Shown: positions 1 to 13,174 of the stretch, piece after piece | Layout: each line of letters starts with the position of its first letter | Numbering within the stretch: the first letter of the stretch is position 1 | Source of the DNA: Camelus ferus | Lineage: Eukaryota | DNA length: 64,000 nucleotides | Assembly: GCF_009834535.1 (NCBI RefSeq) | Contig: NC_045697.1 | Coordinates: forward strand, 101,434,001 to 101,498,000 | Direction of reading: 5' to 3' | Translations under genes and position numbers: made by a program | Notes under the pieces: model-generated | Seen by the model: only the letters and a program-made list of their open reading frames with translations | What the model was told of the DNA's origin: nothing | Database searches by the model: none

Positions 1-19
1 GACAGTAGAACTGGGATGG

Positions 20-409
20 TGTTATGGGCTGAACTGTGTTCCCCCCAGGTTCAGATGTCGAAGCCCTAATGCCCTGTACCTCAGAATGTGTCTGCAGGTG
101 GAGACAGAGCCTTTCAAGAGGTGATTAAGTTAAAATGGGGCTGTTAGCGTAGGTCCCAATTCAACTTCACTGGTGTTCTTATAAGAAGAGGAAATACGGA
201 CACCCAGAGAGACACCAAGGATGAGTGCGCACAGAGAACAGATGGTGTGAAGACAGTGAGAGGGCAGCCATCTGCAAGCCAAGGGGAGAGCCCTCGGCTC
301 TGACACACCTTGATATTGGACTTCAAGCCTCCAGAGCTGTGAGAAAATGAAGCTGTTTTTTAGGCCAGTCTGTGGCATTTTGTTAAGTCAGTCGTAGCAA
401 ACTAACGCA
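20..409 (+). mobile_element. MaLR solo LTR (MLT1B-like)
   Basis: Begins TGTTATGGGCTGAACTGTG and ends GCAAACTAACGCA. Contains MLT1 blocks (GTACCTCAGAATGTG, CTTATAAGAAGAGGAAA, GCCTCCAGAGCTGTGAGAAAAT). Flanked by a near TSD gatgg/gatgc. Confidence 0.9.
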
Positions 410-479
410 GATGCCTTTCTAATAACTAATCCAGTGGGCCTGAGAGACACTTAGAAGTCAACAGTCACAAAATCCAGTG

Positions 480-760
480 ACCGGATATGAGCTTTCATGG
501 AGAGGCAGGAGCCAAGGTGACTCCAGAGGGTGGAGCGTTTTCTGAAGTAGGGGCTCCAGGAGAAGCAGGAGGGACTAAACATAACGGATTCAGTTGAGCA
601 CACATTGCATTTTTGTAATTACGAAACATCCAAGCAGAAAATCTAACTATGAAGTAGACAGTGAGATAACTACATGGATCTGGAACTCAGGACAGAGAGC
701 TTGGCTGGAGAAATGGGCCGAGGTTCCTCGACATGTAGCTGAATGAAGACCCTGTTGGTG
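480..760 (-). mobile_element. L2 LINE fragment
   Basis: Resembles antisense L2 (gaaacatccaagcagaaaatcta...gatctggaactcaggacagagagcttggctggaga). Boundaries approximate. Confidence 0.6.
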
Positions 761-899
761 AGCAAGAGAATGATTGCTTGAACTCAGTGACATGTGGACA
801 TGAGGACAGAGAAATGAAACAATCACAGAGGGGTCCATCTTCCCCTTGCAAAGGTCCCTAAGGCTTTGGCTTTTAGGTATCGAGGCAGACACCTGAATG

Positions 900-1730
900 C
901 CCATTCAGAAGACACTTCCCTTTGCGGGCTTTCTTTAATAGGAGCCTACTCTGGTTCAGGTTCTGGGCAATAACGTGCCAAGGCCCAGAGATGGAAGTCA
1001 TAGTTCCTTTTGCCAGAAAATGTTTACAAAGCACTTGAACTATTCATTTCCAATGGAAATATATCTGAAAAGATTTTCTTCTTGATAAAAAGAGGGAAAA
1101 ATATGTGCAAAGCAATGTTTGCCTCTTTCTTCTTGAATTTGAGGACTGGTGAGAAGATGTCATGCTTAGTATTATGGCAGCCACGTTGTAAGAATGAGGG
1201 ATGGTTAAGAGAACTGAAAGGAAGCCTTCCCAGAGGTCTGGACATGTGGGGTTGCTATGCCTCCTGGAGTCATCTACTTCTTCACTTGTTATGGTAGAAG
1301 AAACATAATCCCAAACTATTTATTCCACTTTTTCTTATTGAAGTATAGTTGATTTATAATGTTGTGTTAATTTCTGGTATACAGCATAGTGATTCAGCTA
1401 TATATATATATATATATATATATTCCTTTTCATATTCTTTTTCATTATAGGCTATTGCAAGGTATTGAATAGAATTCCCTGTGCTATACAGTAGGACCTT
1501 GCTGTTTATCTGTCTCATATATAGTAGTTAGTATCTACAAATCCCAAACTCCCAATTTATATTTATCCCTCCCCATCCCCTCTCCCCGCAAGTAACCATA
1601 AGTTTGTTTACTAAGTCTGTGAGCCTGTCTCTGTTTTGGAAATAAGTTCATTTGTGTACTTTTTAAAAAAATTCCACTTTCAGTTGAGAATCCTGTTTTG
1701 TGCACCTGAAAACATACCAACAGGTACCAG
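900..1730 (+). mobile_element. Old MaLR LTR (MLT1J/K-like) interrupted by an L1
   Basis: MLT-like blocks (ggcagccacgttgtaagaatgagg; cttgttatggtagaagaaacataatccc). The LTR 3' end resumes after the L1 at about 1681. Confidence 0.45.
1332..1670 (-). mobile_element. 5'-truncated artiodactyl-type L1 3' end
   Basis: ttattgaagtatagttgatttataatgttgtg...ccctgtgctatacagtaggacctt. Flanked by direct repeat attccacttt (1322-1331 and 1671-1680). Internal (TA)n. Confidence 0.9.
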
Positions 1731-1786
1731 AATTTTCCTCAAATAACTCACCTACTAAATGTCATGGAAGGTACCTATTCCTCAGT

Positions 1787-2372
1787 TCTATTGAGATATA
1801 ATTTACATATAACATTGTATATGTTTAACGTATAGAATGTAATGACCTGATACAAATATATATTGCACAATAAAGTTAGTTAAACCTCCATCACTGTATA
1901 TAATTATCTTTTTTCGGTGATAACATTTAAGATCTCTCTTAGCAACTTCCAAGTATATAATACAGTATTAACTAGAGTCACCATGCTGTACGTTACATTC
2001 CCAGAACTTGTTCTTCTTATAACTGAAAAAGTGAGTACCCTTTGGCCAACATCTCCCCCATCTCCCCTGCCCTCATCCCGGGCAAGCACCAATCTATTCT
2101 CTTTTTCTATGAGCTCAGCCTTTTTAGATTCCACATGTAAGTGGGATCATGCAATATTCTCTTTCTGTGACTAGTTTATTTTATTTAGCATAATGTCCTC
2201 CAGGTTCATCCATGTTGTCACAAAAGGCAAGATTTGCTTCTTTTTTATAACTGAGTAACACTTCTTTGGTTGTGTCCGTGTCTTCGCTATTGTGAATAAT
2301 GCTGCCCTGAACATGACGGTGCTGACATCTCTCTGAAATAGCAATTTCATTTTATGGATGGCATCTTAGAAG
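1787..2372 (-). mobile_element. L1MA-type L1 3' end
   Basis: ctattgagatataatttacata...ctcttagcaacttccaagtatataatacagtattaactagagtcaccatgctgtac...caggttcatccatgttgtcaca. Confidence 0.85.
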
Positions 2373-3129
2373 TGTGAGCCAGGATGTCAGCCTGCTCAGC
2401 CCAATAAAGCTACGAGCCTCCAGCTTTTAGTCTGGGGGGTTCCTGTCTCCTCCTTCAGGTTCTACTCAGAAAATAATAGTAATTTAAAAGATAGCACTGA
2501 TCACCCTTTCTGTGCAAAAATAATAAAACTGAATAAAGAAATTGGGAGGATGTAAGACAGGAAACATCATGAAATAGTTCTTGAAAGCACCTTACACAAT
2601 ATCCAAGTTTTAAAATGGGTCTTTGTAACAGTCATCAATTAGCTACAGGTACAATATAATTTCAAGTTTGTATTCATTTAATAATCAGACACTAGATGCT
2701 CAACAACTTCTGATTACATTTGACATCAGAAACACTGAAAAGTTATCAGCAAAATCATTTTCAGTTTTCTTGCTGTATAAGAAAAAACATATTTTCTTTG
2801 CACTTTTTCATAAGAGAAAATTTTGAAACCCAACTATCTCTACCACTTTACTTTTGAATTTCATTACAAAGAAGCCTACAAAGTGAATTCCCTTCTGCAG
2901 TCTAATGCAGGAATAGAGATAAGAAATACGTCTCTGGTTTCCCAGGGGAATTCCAGAAACACTTTAAAAAAAAAAAAAAAAAGAAGGATAATGCCAGTTC
3001 CTTGTAAGTATTGCAAAGCATGGAAAAATGAAGAAAATCTCTCAATTCTTTTAATGAAGTGAGCAAAACACTGATACTAATCTTGAGGATATGTGTACTA
3101 CTCAAAACACACACACAGACACTACACAC

Positions 3130-3300
3130 ACAAACTCCAGACCAATTTCACTTATGATTACCAGTGTAAAAATCCCAAAGAAAATATAAGCAAACAGAAT
3201 CCAGCAACACTTCTTCAAAAAGAAGACTAGTGCATCATGACCAAATATGGCTTATCCTAAGATCCTTCAATATGAGAAAATGTACTAATACTTATAATAA
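3130..3300 (+). mobile_element. Old L1 ORF2 fragment
   Basis: ccagaccaatttcacttatga...aaaaatcccaaagaaaatataagcaaacagaatccagcaacac resembles the start of the L1 RT domain. Confidence 0.65.
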
Positions 3301-3476
3301 ATGTATCACTTTAATATTTAAGTCAGATCGTGTCACTCCTCTGCTCCAAAATCTTTAATAAGATTAAAAACAAATTAATGTCTACTAATAAGAAACTAGT
3401 TAAACAGACTATGTCACGTCCATTCAGTGTAATGTAATGCAGGTGTAAAAATGATACTGACGTCTTAATTACTGAT

Positions 3477-3868
3477 TGGGGCAGACTAGCTTACTATTCA
3501 CCAGAAACTCCCTTACTGTGATGCTTCTCCCTGTAAGAGGATTCTATATCCCCATCCTTGTTGATCTTGGAAAAAGGTATGACTTGCTTTGTCCAATAAA
3601 ATGTGGGCATATATGTCATGTGTCACTTCCAGACAGAATATTAAAGAGCCAACATGTGATTTTCCATGCTTTTTTTCTCCCCTCTGTCATGTACCTGGTA
3701 ATGTTCCAGATAGCTTTTCTCAATCAGCCTGAATTCCCAAGAGACAGTGACCTGGACCAGGGCTACAGATGATTCACAGTAGACGTAATGTGCATGAGAT
3801 GTAAATCTACGTAATTTTAAGGCCCTGAGATTTTAGGATCAACATGGTAACCTATTCTGGCCAATGCA
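3477..3868 (+). mobile_element. MaLR solo LTR (MLT1I-like)
   Basis: tgacttgctttgtccaataaaatgtggg...tgtgtcacttccagacagaa...aagagcca...taaggccctgagatttt. Sits inside an old L1ME-like 3' fragment. Confidence 0.75.
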
Positions 3869-4466
3869 CTCAGGTAGAAAAATCTCCAGGAATATACTGT
3901 CAGGTGAAAAAAGCAAGGCATGGAAGAGTGTGAATAAATGTGAAAACAGAGGAGGAAATAGCATGTAACAAATACGTGTGTGTGCTAGCTCCTCCAAGCA
4001 TAAAAGTTCCCTGGATGATTTTTATCTCTTAGGGACAGTGGAAGAGGACAAATGGGAGACAGAGTTGAGAGACTTTTGATAGGACATCTTGTTTTATGTT
4101 TTCTGACACCTGATTCTATGCATGTATTATTTATTTCAAAACATTAAATACATTCTTAAGGAAAGAAACACTTGTCTCTAAAACACGTGTTGGCATAAAA
4201 TCTTAAGAAAACAAGTAGGAGAGAGAACAGTGACCAAACTGTCAGATGCCACAAGAGCTTAGGCGTCACAGTTTAGGCTGTGTCCTTGGGAGCCAGAAGA
4301 GCTTTCAGCAGGGAGATCACATGACCAAATCCACGCGCTGCTGCCGAGCAGGTGAAAGATGAGTTAGAAAACTGAGAAATGCGATTGTCTACTGAGATAT
4401 GATGAGAATGGTATTTTCTCCAGGTCCATCTTTGTGTCCTACTCCATAATATACCTAGTAACTTAC

Positions 4467-4521
4467 CTAGTCAATCACCACTGGTTGTCGGCACCATCAC
4501 TTGACGTTTCCCTGACAATGC
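4467..4521 (-). other. Candidate 55-nt non-coding (5' UTR) exon
   Basis: Minus strand: tattcttccggctcag|GCATTG...GATTGACTAG|gtaagt. Consensus donor, modest acceptor. Confidence 0.3.
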
Positions 4522-4815
4522 CTGAGCCGGAAGAATACCATATGTAGGTGCTCTAGCATTTTGGAACAACATTTTATCTAAATATGTTAACATTTATACT
4601 AGAATCACATGAAAACCAAGATTGAGTTTATATATGTTATTCAAGATTCATCTGACTCTGGCTCCTCTAGGTACCAGAGATGGTGTTTTGATTTTTCCAC
4701 TTTGTTATAAGTACTTAAGTTGCCAAGTTCCATCATCTCTCTTTACCACTTAAAAGACTCTACTGGAGACTTACAGTTTCCCCAGGAAAGGAGTCCTGCT
4801 GGTCTCCTTCATGAT

Positions 4816-4840
4816 CACACACACACACACACACACACAC
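4816..4840. repeat. (CA)n microsatellite
   Basis: About 12 CA units read directly. Confidence 0.95.
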
Positions 4841-6566
4841 CAGAAAACCACCCACCAGCTAGGTTCTTCCTTCAGAGGGGGGAGTCGTTTTTCTTCTCTT
4901 GTTTTATTTTACTGAATAACAAACGCTGAAAATTACCAAATAGGGTTTCACAACAGGTAAAACTTCCTAGGACTTTTGCTTGAAGGCTTTCAAATGGAAA
5001 GTAAAACTGCAGAGAAATCACAAGACTTCTCAAATTGAAAGTCGGATGAAGATACATAAGAAAATGACATAGAGAAAAGCTCTCAAAAGATTTCTCATAC
5101 ACCTGTTTTAAGACTCAAAGGATCATCCCATCAGGAGGAAAAAAATACACAAGCTTAAAGTAGAACTAGAACCTAATTTCAACTGTACCCATCTTTTTTT
5201 TTTCAGTGCAACAAGACTACTCTACTTTAGATAAATAATATGCATACGTAATTAATAAGATTATAAACCGAATACTTTAGGATGTAGTTATGCTGGAAGA
5301 GCTAAAACTTACAGATTTTTCACTTGGAAGTAGCCTTTGACAATGTAAATATAAATCTCTCTCCTTCTGTACGTTTATCCAACTAATTCATGATGAGGAC
5401 ACCAACAGAAATTGCCATGTAAGAATTTTTATTTCAGAATGCTTTTTCCATTGTTAGGATATTTATGTATACAACTCACTATTAAAAATAATGAAGATTA
5501 TGAAGAGCCAAACACCAGAACAAAAATCATCGATATCTTTTAATGTTAAGACTACAATGCCTAAGCAGCTAACATTGTTATCCTAAATGTTTATGGATTG
5601 TTAATACTACAATACGGTATTCAAAAATTAAGACTCAAATATGCAGATTGGTTAGGGGAAAGGACACAAGGAATTTTAATTTTTTATTTTCAAGGTATTT
5701 ACGTAAGAAGTGATTTTACCAGTCATCTTGGATTAAAACCTTAATACTAAAGAAGGAAAGTTTAATCTTATCAGTAAATAGATTTTTATCAATGAAATGT
5801 GTTCTGGAATACAGTGCACGCTGAAAGAATTTTGATGTCAAAAAAACAAGGTAAAATGGAAATGGTCAACATTTTCATTTTAAGAAAAAGATGTAAAACT
5901 TTTAAGATTCTAAGATGTAATCATATTTCTTCACACAATTCTATTGATGTAGTATAAGAAAAGATATTTAATAGGATTAAACAGCCATGCCAAATTTTAA
6001 TCATGAATTTGCATGTTGCCTTAATACCTAGTAATTTATGTTCATTTCACTCTTTGAAAAAACTAAGGTCTTCCAAAAATCCAGCTGTTCTAAGCACTCC
6101 AGAACTCCATTAGTCTTTAACATCTACAACATCCTACTCAGGACAAATGTTTGACCCTTCAGTACATTTCTTACCCATCTCCATATAGCTCGACAGTAAT
6201 AGGTATCAGGAACTATCCGTTTGGTATGTATATAGATTACTGAGGATGGCTTCATAGACTGAATTTCCATTTGTAAACTATTAATAATAACCTGTCATCA
6301 TGTGCAGAAATTATTAACTCAGATGAAAGAAAAAAATTGTATGAACATCCTAGAATAGATACTAGAATGTATTTCAAAGTGCTGAAGGTGGTACCAAACT
6401 ATCTGTATTCTTCCTGGGTAACCTCTTTATGACTGATGAATGGTCCTAGATCAACAAGATTCAGTCGCTCTGCAATCAGTGACTCAAAAAGATTTAGTTT
6501 TCCCGGGTTTTAAAAAAAATCCTACAGGATATAATATGACCTTGGTCTTAATAAGAATTTATCATC

Positions 6567-6672
6567 GGATTGCACAACAATGTAGATGTACGTAAATGCC
6601 ACAGAACTATACACTTAAAAATGGTTAAAGTGGTAAATTTTATGTTATGTAAATGTCACCACAAATTAAAAA
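6567..6672 (+). mobile_element. Very short L1MB-type 3' end with TSD
   Basis: ggattgcacaacaatgt...acacttaaaaatggttaaa...tatgttatgt. 14-bp TSD aagaatttatcatc (6553-6566) / aagaatttgtcatc (6673-6686). Confidence 0.85.
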
Positions 6673-8280
6673 AAGAATTTGTCATCAAGGAACTTATTAA
6701 TAATGCAGTTAGCATTTAGTTATAAAATCATGTATTTCACATTTTTTCCACTACACATCCACACATAAAGTTTTGCTCCTGTTGTATTAGCTTCTTTTAC
6801 TCACAACCCTGAACTACATCTTGATCCATCAGCATTATTTATTCATTGATTCAGAATATAAATATTTTACTGCCATAAATATGAGCAGTAATCTACTGAG
6901 ATTAACATTTCAGTTATGGGACCACAGCTAATATATACAATCATGTTTTCCGTGCTGTACCAGCGGCTTCATAAAATCAGCTCAACTAACATCTTATACT
7001 GAATTCCTATAGAGCACAAAGGACTCTCTCAGACACTTCTGTTGTCATCTCAGTATACGGTTGATTAACTTGTAAGCTTTACACTCATACTTTAGGTATA
7101 TTGTACATGTAAGCCTCTTATTAACCCTACTTTGGGATCCCAAAGTCACCTGGAGATTTTCCAAGACCAAATTTCATTGTCATCATATGGATCCAAACTT
7201 ATATCAAACTCCTAATCCTCTTGTCAACCCTCCAAAAAAAAATGCCTTGCATACAAATTGTCATTCAACAACACATTCGTTTAACAGTATTTCCTCCTGA
7301 TTTTACTCATTATACATGTCCAGACAGAAGAGGGCTCTTTTCTAGCAATCTAAAAATTAAAGATATTATATAGGTACCAGTATACAGTGCTGACATTTTT
7401 TTGCTCTGGTTGTTAAAATATTAACTTACTTTGAATCTAATTGCTGAGTTCTCCCTATTGCTGTATGAGGAGTTACCTAAGGATACAGCCACGGAGCAGC
7501 GGCAGGAGAGGCTGGGAATGGGGCCGGGTGCAGTGATGGTGAATATGTGCCCCCCACTCCATACGTCTGCCTAGTGCACCAAGGGGTGGCCATGGCCGTG
7601 GAGTCATGGACAATGGCTGTCACTGCCTCAGAGCAGCACAACGCAGGCAGGGCAGGTAGCACTGGCGGAGGTATTGCTGACAGAGGGCCAAGCCAGCATG
7701 TCCCTAAATCGAGGCCATAAAGGAGTCACCTGACATCCAGGTGTGTATCCTGCTCTGACCCAAGGGCATCATGCCAGCTGCCCTCCAAGTGCACAGAAGT
7801 GCTGACTAGGGGAGACTTAGGGTGTCACTGGAAAAGTCTGATGTGATTCATTGTGTTAACTCCTATCTAAAAGCCAACCAATGATTTGGAAATTGTTGGA
7901 AGGATTTGTTAAATTTAAATGAATTTGCAGCACTTGGGAAGCTGCCTTATGATCCATGTCAGTTAAGTTAGAAAATAAAATCATTATTTTTAAATGTTTT
8001 CTTATGCATTGATCTGTATATTAATTCATCTGACCATCTGGTTAGGAATATTTTGAATATTATTATTTTCATTCAACTCTCCTCACCCCCGCTTCATCAG
8101 GATGAGTGCCTCTACCTACATTTGCTTACCAACATATCCCCAAAGGAAAACGTGGTGCTGACACATAACAGGCCTCAAAATATTATCCAATGAATGATTA
8201 AATAATTGAATAAGTATTTACTCAGCCAGAAGTTATAATCCCCCAAGCCTCTCTAAAACCAAAATCAAACTTCAATTTCT

Positions 8281-8300
8281 CACACACACACACACACACA
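8281..8300. repeat. (CA)10 microsatellite
   Basis: Read directly. Confidence 0.95.
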
Positions 8301-10288
8301 AATCACTAAGTACCTCCGAAGTGTGAGGCACTATGGGAATTCTGTGGAGGGTAAGAGGATGAGGAATTACCCAGTCCCTGCTCTCAGACAAACTTAAAAT
8401 CTAATGCAAGATAGAGTTTCGTGATAAAAATTAAAATCCCTAAGATGTATTTCACACTTCTCTGCTGAACTCTGCATCCTAAGGACAGCGGGATCTCCAG
8501 GACGCGATAGACCTAACAGCATGCACGTGGCCACACACCTGCGCTATTTCAGCCTCGATAGTGGATAAAGGGTCCAGGATTTCAGGACTGTGCCTGTCCT
8601 ACATTGCCCCGAGTGCTGTTCCCTTCAGCTGTGAGTGTCAAGTGGAGAAGACACCGCACTTTCTGGCTCTGCAGGACATGAAGCTGCCTCATCACCAAAT
8701 GTCTCAGTTTTGCTTTGTTTTTCCCCCTTTAGCATTAGGAAAGATAGATATGCATTTAAATCAACATAGATGTTAATAAAATCCCACGAAATCCTGTTTG
8801 ATCCCATCCTTGCAAAAACGTTGGTCTTCTTGCCTAATACGCCGTAACGGATGTGAGCATGTGCTGTCCATTTCGAGAAGCAAACAACACAGATGCTTAA
8901 AGGGTTTAATCAATAACTAGGCTACCATAGAAGGAAAACAGAAACAATTCTGTGACCTTATTGGTGCCTTATTTATATATATGCATTAGAAAACAGGATA
9001 AGAAAGACATCAGAACATATGATTTTAGTAAAATATTTTTAAGCAATAGACTTCTGAAATCCATAGACGATTCCTAATGTCTTCAGCTGTATGGATTGGG
9101 CAGGTTGTGTATATGTAAAAGAATGACAATCCTTTATAACGACTACAAGAACAGCCTTCCGGAACATCTCACCGGTCACAGATGGAGGGTTTTCATCTAT
9201 TGTTTAGATGCCAAAAAAAATGAAAGGCTTCACTATGATCAACATCAGATTTATAGCCACAACATAAGGTCCACCTGGGTCTTTAATGCCATATGCCCTG
9301 CCTCAGCGTCTCCTCATGTACTTGTGATCTAACTCCTCAAAATGTTAAAAGTGAGATTTCAAAACAGCCTCCCGGAGGACAGAGTTTCTTCCACTCCACT
9401 CTAGTGCCACCTAAGTCCTTCTTAAACCCAGCAAGGAGACTTATACACGCACTCTTCATATTCTGAGCCAGTAACAAGTAAAGATAGCGCTACCTTGCAA
9501 CCTTATAAAGCTTCATAAATAGTATGTCATTTCAGAATGGAAATTGACATCATTTTCCAAACAGTCTCGTAGCAGCCTGCTCTGTCATTCCCCACCGTTC
9601 ATTTGATAAAAAGTAAAGAAATGCCAATGGGTCTTTTTAGGAAGCACCTCTTCAGACAAATCGTCACATGGAGCTAAAAACCTCTGGATGAACAGAGTCC
9701 AGACTCATAGGAGTCAGCGGGGCTAATGCATGAAGTGTAACACAGTGTTTCTCTAATACCAATTTCTCCATGTCTTTCCACCATCCCTGTGTTACTAAGC
9801 GATGTAGTGGTGTTTTGTGTTACTCAGTTGAGCTCTGCTCTATGCCTTGTCACTGGCAATAAAAAGATAAAGAAATAAACAATTACTCATAAAAGAAGTT
9901 GGAAATGCTTTCTAGTGACATAGATTATAGATCCAAGTGAATAAAAAATTTCACTTTAAAAGATCGTTGTGCCAACAACAAAATAAATGAATACTAAATG
10001 GATGATTTACAATCTCCTGGTGTCCCATATACTGCAAAACAGCCAAGCAACTGAAGGACACCCCCTCTCATCTCCCACTTCCTTTTATTACACTGCATTC
10101 TGTGTCTTTGGGCAGCATTTATATTCTGAACTGAAATTCTAATACCACATAAAACATGGTGGTAACTATCTTAAAAATCATAACACCAATTTCTCTATAA
10201 ACCCTAAAAGACAATCTACTCAGAACCATCAGACTGTATGCAGTTTGGTGTTGCTCCTGAGAGGAGGGAACCATCGCACACACAAAAG

Positions 10289-10417
10289 GGCTTTGTGTTC
10301 AAAGATGCTTTTCTCCCCTCACCACAGAGCTTGTCCGCCGACTGTGTAAAGAAAGTCAATTTCTACTTTCTGCTGTGAAGTCATAATGCTAAATTTGTGG
10401 TGCCATCGTTGATTCCG
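10289..10417 (+). repeat. Dispersed direct repeat, copy A (partner 12307-12438)
   Basis: Hand alignment gives about 90% identity over the core with one 3-nt indel. Confidence 0.9.
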
Positions 10418-11019
10418 ACATGGCCAGGGGAAAGTGCTTCCGGCCACAGGCTGAGTTGGTGCTGCAGAGGGGCAGCGGTGGGAAGATGGGACATAACCTC
10501 TTCCCTGGCAGAGTGTTTCCCCATCACTGTGGCAAAAACCAAAGGGGAGGAATGGTAAGAAAGCAGATGCGTGGGGTAAAGGAGGACTGCGCATTTTCTT
10601 TCTCTGGAAGAGGTTATGTTTTAAGTGTAGTATCTTGAAGCAAAAGCAAAATATCAGAGGAAGACTAGAGGGAATTGCAGTGGCGGTGGCGAGTCCTTCA
10701 CCACCCACATCCCCGGCTTTTCTCCCAACCCCCAAGAGGTTAAAAAAAAAACCACCGAGAGCACAAATTAATTGACAAACATATATGAACATAAATTGCA
10801 AAGTGCAGGTCCATTTTTCTTGAAACAGTCTCGATTAGTAAAATGCTAAGATAAAAATAAAAACTAAGATAGAAAGTAGATGTTATCATCTGGTCAAGTT
10901 ACCTACTTATACCATGACCAGATAATCTGTCCTCTTCTCCAAAATCATTTTTTTGATTATTGCAGAAAGAGGGAAGGAAGTGTCATGGGCTATTAAAATT
11001 GAATTTGGCCTGCCTAAAA

Positions 11020-11890
11020 ACTGCACATAGGACATAGGAACCAACTGAAAAAGTTCCCAGTGGCCGCAGCTGGAACAATTTGAGCAAATAAATCCATGAA
11101 GTAGCATGGGATTATAATCCAAAGCATAAGATAAACATCCACAAGTCCACAGTACTGTAATGAATGAATAAATCAACATGTAGAGGGGAAGAGACGGTTC
11201 TCCTGTGCAGAAAGAGACAAGTTAAGTAGGTGCCCCACCCTCCAGGATATGGAGCTTAACCCCTGCCCCCAGGACTCCTTAAGTGTGAGCTCTGCGTGGT
11301 AACCCCTTATGAAGAATACACTATGGAAAGAAATGGGAGAGTAAATTTACAGTGGAGAAATCTGACAAACACTTCCTCACCTGAGTGATCAAGGTTAACT
11401 CAGCAGCGCTGAGACGTGAGGATAGTATGATGTGGTATGAATGGCATCTTACTTCTATGGTCTTCCTCCCAAGAACCCATTACCCCAGTGGAATCATGAG
11501 AAAATATCAAATTCCACTAGAGGGACATTTTACAATACACCTAACTAGTACTCCTCAAAGTCGTCAAGGTCACCAAAAATAAGCAAAGTCTGGGAAAACT
11601 GTCCCAGTCAAGCAGAGGCTCAGGAGACACGACAACAAAAGTGTAATGTGATACCCTGGGTGGGATCTTGGAACCGGAAAAAGACATTAGATAAGAACTA
11701 AGAAAATCTGAGTCAAGTACAGATTTTGGTTAACAATAATGAATCAATGCTGGTTCATTAACTTTAGTAAATGTACCATAATAATGCAAGATATTATTGA
11801 TAGGAAAGACAGCATGGGGTCCTTGGAAATTCTGTATTACCTCGAATTTTTTTTCTGTAAAGCCAAAACTGTTCTAAAATAGTTTCTTGT
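11020..11890 (+). mobile_element. L1MD/L1MC-type 3' UTR
   Basis: ggaaccaactgaaaaagttcccagtggcc...cagtggagaaatctgacaaacac...gtgatcaaggttaac...ttttctgtaaagccaaaactgttctaaaata. Confidence 0.85.
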
Positions 11891-12306
11891 AATGAAAACC
11901 AAACAAATACAAATCTATCATGCCACTCTTACACTTCAGTTTAACAAAGCAATCACCTTGCATGCTATTCATTCTACTAAAGTAAACTGTGACGAGAAAG
12001 GCAAGCCTGAAGTCCCAATCAACCCACGTCTTTCTGCAGGGTTTTAGTTGTCGTTAGATTTTTAACCTTATGAAGACAAACTAGGCAAGCTTGACAAAAC
12101 ATTCGCTTAATTCTACACATATTTTTATATGTATTAGCTTCATTCTCTATGTATTTTTATTTATGACAGATCAGGTGTATTGTTCGGAGGCCCATTTCAG
12201 AAATTGAGATGTCCTACTTTAAAGGGTAGGTAGAAACCAACGGCAGGAAACCCCGTTTTTTTCCCATAGGTAGTTATTCATTTTCTCTCCACTTTTGTAA
12301 ATTGCT

Positions 12307-12438
12307 GGCTTTGTACTCAAAGAAGATGCTTTTCTCCCCTCACCACGGAGCTTGTCCACCAACTGCATAAAGAAAGTCAATTTCTACTCTCTGTTGTGAA
12401 GTCATAACGCTAAATTTGTGGTACCATCACTGTTTCTG
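12307..12438 (+). repeat. Dispersed direct repeat, copy B (partner 10289-10417)
   Basis: ggctttgtactcaaagaagatgcttttctcccctcaccac...ctaaatttgtggtaccatc. Confidence 0.9.
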
Positions 12439-13174
12439 TGGCAACAGACTGATGTCAGGAACATGATGAGAACCACTCCAGGGCAGAGCAGAGATGCAGG
12501 TCTTCTGCCTCCCTTCGTGGTAGGCCCTCCCGGGGAAATATGTCCACTTCCGTGCCCATGATCAAGTCTTCAGGCATAGATGTCCTACTGAAGGAATATT
12601 TTGCCACTCTCCATTCGTAGGGTTGTAACTTCAGAGGAGATAATTCTCAGAATAGATCAAAGCAGGTTAAACTTCAAGTGGCCAATCTCCATTTCATAAG
12701 AAATTATCTCATCAAGAACATCGCAGTGATACTCTGTAAATATTTAATTGAGTATGTGTTCATGCTTTCTGTACCCTTATGTTAAATATGCTGTTATAGG
12801 AAAAGTTAGTTAGTCCAAGAAAGGAAAAGGATCCACTTAGTCATTTCCTTCAGGCTTATTTTCCATCTTAAAAAGACAAATAGTAAAAATAGTAACAATA
12901 TTCCATGATGCCTTTTTTAGAAAATCATATATAAAATACATATATAATCTCTGTGTGTTATACATAGAGAAATGTTCTTGGGTACCATTTGAAATAACCA
13001 ATCTGGTTATTTTTCCTTTATAGTACATTTGAATGTTCAAAGTAAACCTGTTATTTTATTTAAAAATCATTTACTTAGCATCTACTGGGTTCCAAGTGCC
13101 ACTGTAGAGATACATAAAAAAATTAAAGAATAGGTCTGTCTTTCAAAATGTTTAAAACTTAGTGGGATGGGGGG

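Noticed and set aside
10289..10417. H/ACA snoRNA pair
   Set aside because: H and ACA boxes are short and common, the hairpin is G-U dependent, and the substitutions look like neutral CpG decay. Kept only as a duplication finding.
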